From the NCBI GenBank assembly GCA_043747615.1, contig JAYTOU010000091.1, forward strand, positions 32,001 to 96,000: a DNA stretch of 64,000 bases, written 5' to 3'. The DNA is from Myxococcales bacterium (GTDB taxonomy: Bacteria; Myxococcota_A; Polyangia; Polyangiales; Polyangiaceae). Under the pieces are notes generated by a model. It made no database searches. It had not been told where the DNA came from and worked only from the letters and a program-made list of their open reading frames with translations. This document shows, in pieces, positions 62,682 to 64,000 of this stretch; the first letter of the stretch is position 1, and each line of letters starts with the position of its first letter. The position numbers and the translations under genes are program-made.

Positions 62682-64000
62682 CTACGATTTCTGGTTGTAG
62701 TTGGTATTTTCCAGCAGGATCACGTTCGACTTCGAGCGGGTCTCGCCCACGCTCGTGATGTACACGGCGGGATCGTCTTGAACCGGGCAGACTTTTTCGC
62801 ACGCGCCGCAGCCGATGCACAAGCTCGGGTCCACGTGAGGGCGCTGCAGATGGACGGTCTTCATCGCGGGCTGCGCGCCGTCGGGGCCGGGCTTCGAGTC
62901 GCGCACCTGAGCGTCGACCTCTTCCACCCAGATCGCTTTCGGCGACGTCGGACAGAACTCTTCGCAGACGATGCAGGGCGTCTGCATGCTCCAAGGCAGG
63001 CAGCGTCCCTGGTTGTAGAACGCCGTCCCGATCTTGATCGGCGGAATACCTTTTCCCTGTTTTTCTTTTTCGGTGATCTTCTGGATCGCCCCTGTCGGAC
63101 ACACCTGGCCGCAGAGAACGCAGGAGTGCTCGCAGTAGCCGATGCGCGCAATGAGGATGGGCGTCCAGATGCCCTCTACGCCCGCTTCGAGAAACGCAGG
63201 GTGGAGCGCGTTGTTCGGACAGACCTTCATGCACTCGGCGCAGCGAATGCACCGCTCGAGAAAGGCGCGCTCTTCCACTGCACCCGGGGGGCGGATCACC
63301 TTCGACTGGTAGTTGACGTCCATCGTGTCGGCGATGCGCGCCGCGGGGAGAAAGAGGGCTCCCGCTCCTGCAGCTGCGAGGGCGGTGCGCCGCTCGACGT
63401 CGGGCCTGGTGATGGCGCTCCGGCGGTTGGGGAGGAAGCGAAACTTGATCACGTCCTCGGGGCACGAGGCTTCGCAGTTCATGCACATGTGGCATTCGTC
63501 CTGCCGCCACTTCACCCCGCCTTGGGGGCTGTCCGCGCCCTGGCAGTTGACGAGGCACAGGTTGCAATCCGTGCACTTTGCATGATCCTTCTCCATCCCG
63601 AAGAGCGCAAAGCGAGAAAACACGCCTAAAAACGCGCCGAGCGGGCACAGGACGCGGCACCAAAATCGCGGAATGAAGCGGTTCGCAAAGAGGACGGCAA
63701 TGAGGAGAAAAACGATCAGCCACGTCTGGTGGAAGTAGAACTGATGCGACTGCCACACCGCGTGCGAGAGAAAATCCTGGGTGCGATCCGCGGCACCCTG
63801 AATGGGACGCGAGGGGATCGTGGCCGCAGCCCCGAGACCGCGCGCGCCCAGGTACTGCGCGGCAGGGATGACGCCGAGCCCGATCGAACGCACCGCGATG
63901 CAGATCGGATCGAAGAGACCGCCGATCGCGCTGCCGCCCACCGCGGCGAGCAGGAACGCGTACATCAGGTAGTATTTCGCGCGCTGGTAGACGTGCGTCT
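62682..64000 (-). CDS. Membrane polyferredoxin (NapH/MauN-like part fused to MauM/NapG-like part), 5' end beyond the window
   Basis: Frame is open to the window edge; RFWCRVLCPLGA; multiple CxxCxxCxxxCP motifs; IRPPGA...FLERCIRC. Confidence 0.88.
   Translation of the reverse strand, partial: THVYQRAKYYLMYAFLLAAVGGSAIGGLFDPICIAVRSIGLGVIPAAQYLGARGLGAAATIPSRPIQGAADRTQDFLSHAVWQSHQFYFHQTWLIVFLLIAVLFANRFIPRFWCRVLCPLGAFLGVFSRFALFGMEKDHAKCTDCNLCLVNCQGADSPQGGVKWRQDECHMCMNCEASCPEDVIKFRFLPNRRSAITRPDVERRTALAAAGAGALFLPAARIADTMDVNYQSKVIRPPGAVEERAFLERCIRCAECMKVCPNNALHPAFLEAGVEGIWTPILIARIGYCEHSCVLCGQVCPTGAIQKITEKEKQGKGIPPIKIGTAFYNQGRCLPWSMQTPCIVCEEFCPTSPKAIWVEEVDAQVRDSKPGPDGAQPAMKTVHLQRPHVDPSLCIGCGACEKVCPVQDDPAVYITSVGETRSKSNVILLENTNYNQKS

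Overview
High-GC chromosomal segment with the gene content of a myxobacterium (Myxococcota, probably Polyangiales; inferred from an MglA-like GTPase, a delta-type pilin-like protein and many Cys-rich lipoproteins). About 50 CDSs are supported. Housekeeping and metabolic genes: trmFO, rel, hemW, an M16 peptidase pair, yhbY, nrdJ (with tandem NrdR boxes and a terminator), thiL, bcp, thrB, gatB, ftsB, asnS, glgA, frr, a PP2C phosphatase, dedA, hemE-hemH-hemY and a truncated polyferredoxin. No rRNA, tRNA, CRISPR array, integrase or transposase was seen. Most notable: (1) a three-gene envelope operon of a 993-aa unknown lipoprotein, a 1194-aa metzincin lipoprotein and a small outer-membrane beta-barrel; (2) an M48 (Oma1/HtpX-family) protease translationally coupled to a membrane-anchored dynamin-like GTPase, echoing mitochondrial OMA1-OPA1; (3) a fusion of an RlmC/RlmD-type m5U methyltransferase to an RluA-type pseudouridine synthase; (4) an MglB-less MglA-like GTPase coupled to a PocR-domain histidine kinase; (5) two split B12 acyl-CoA mutase large subunits with different specificity residues; (6) a TetR gene out of frame at a C9 tract, with twin operators and a deleted SDR target. 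All calls come from motif recognition by eye; no database searches were run.
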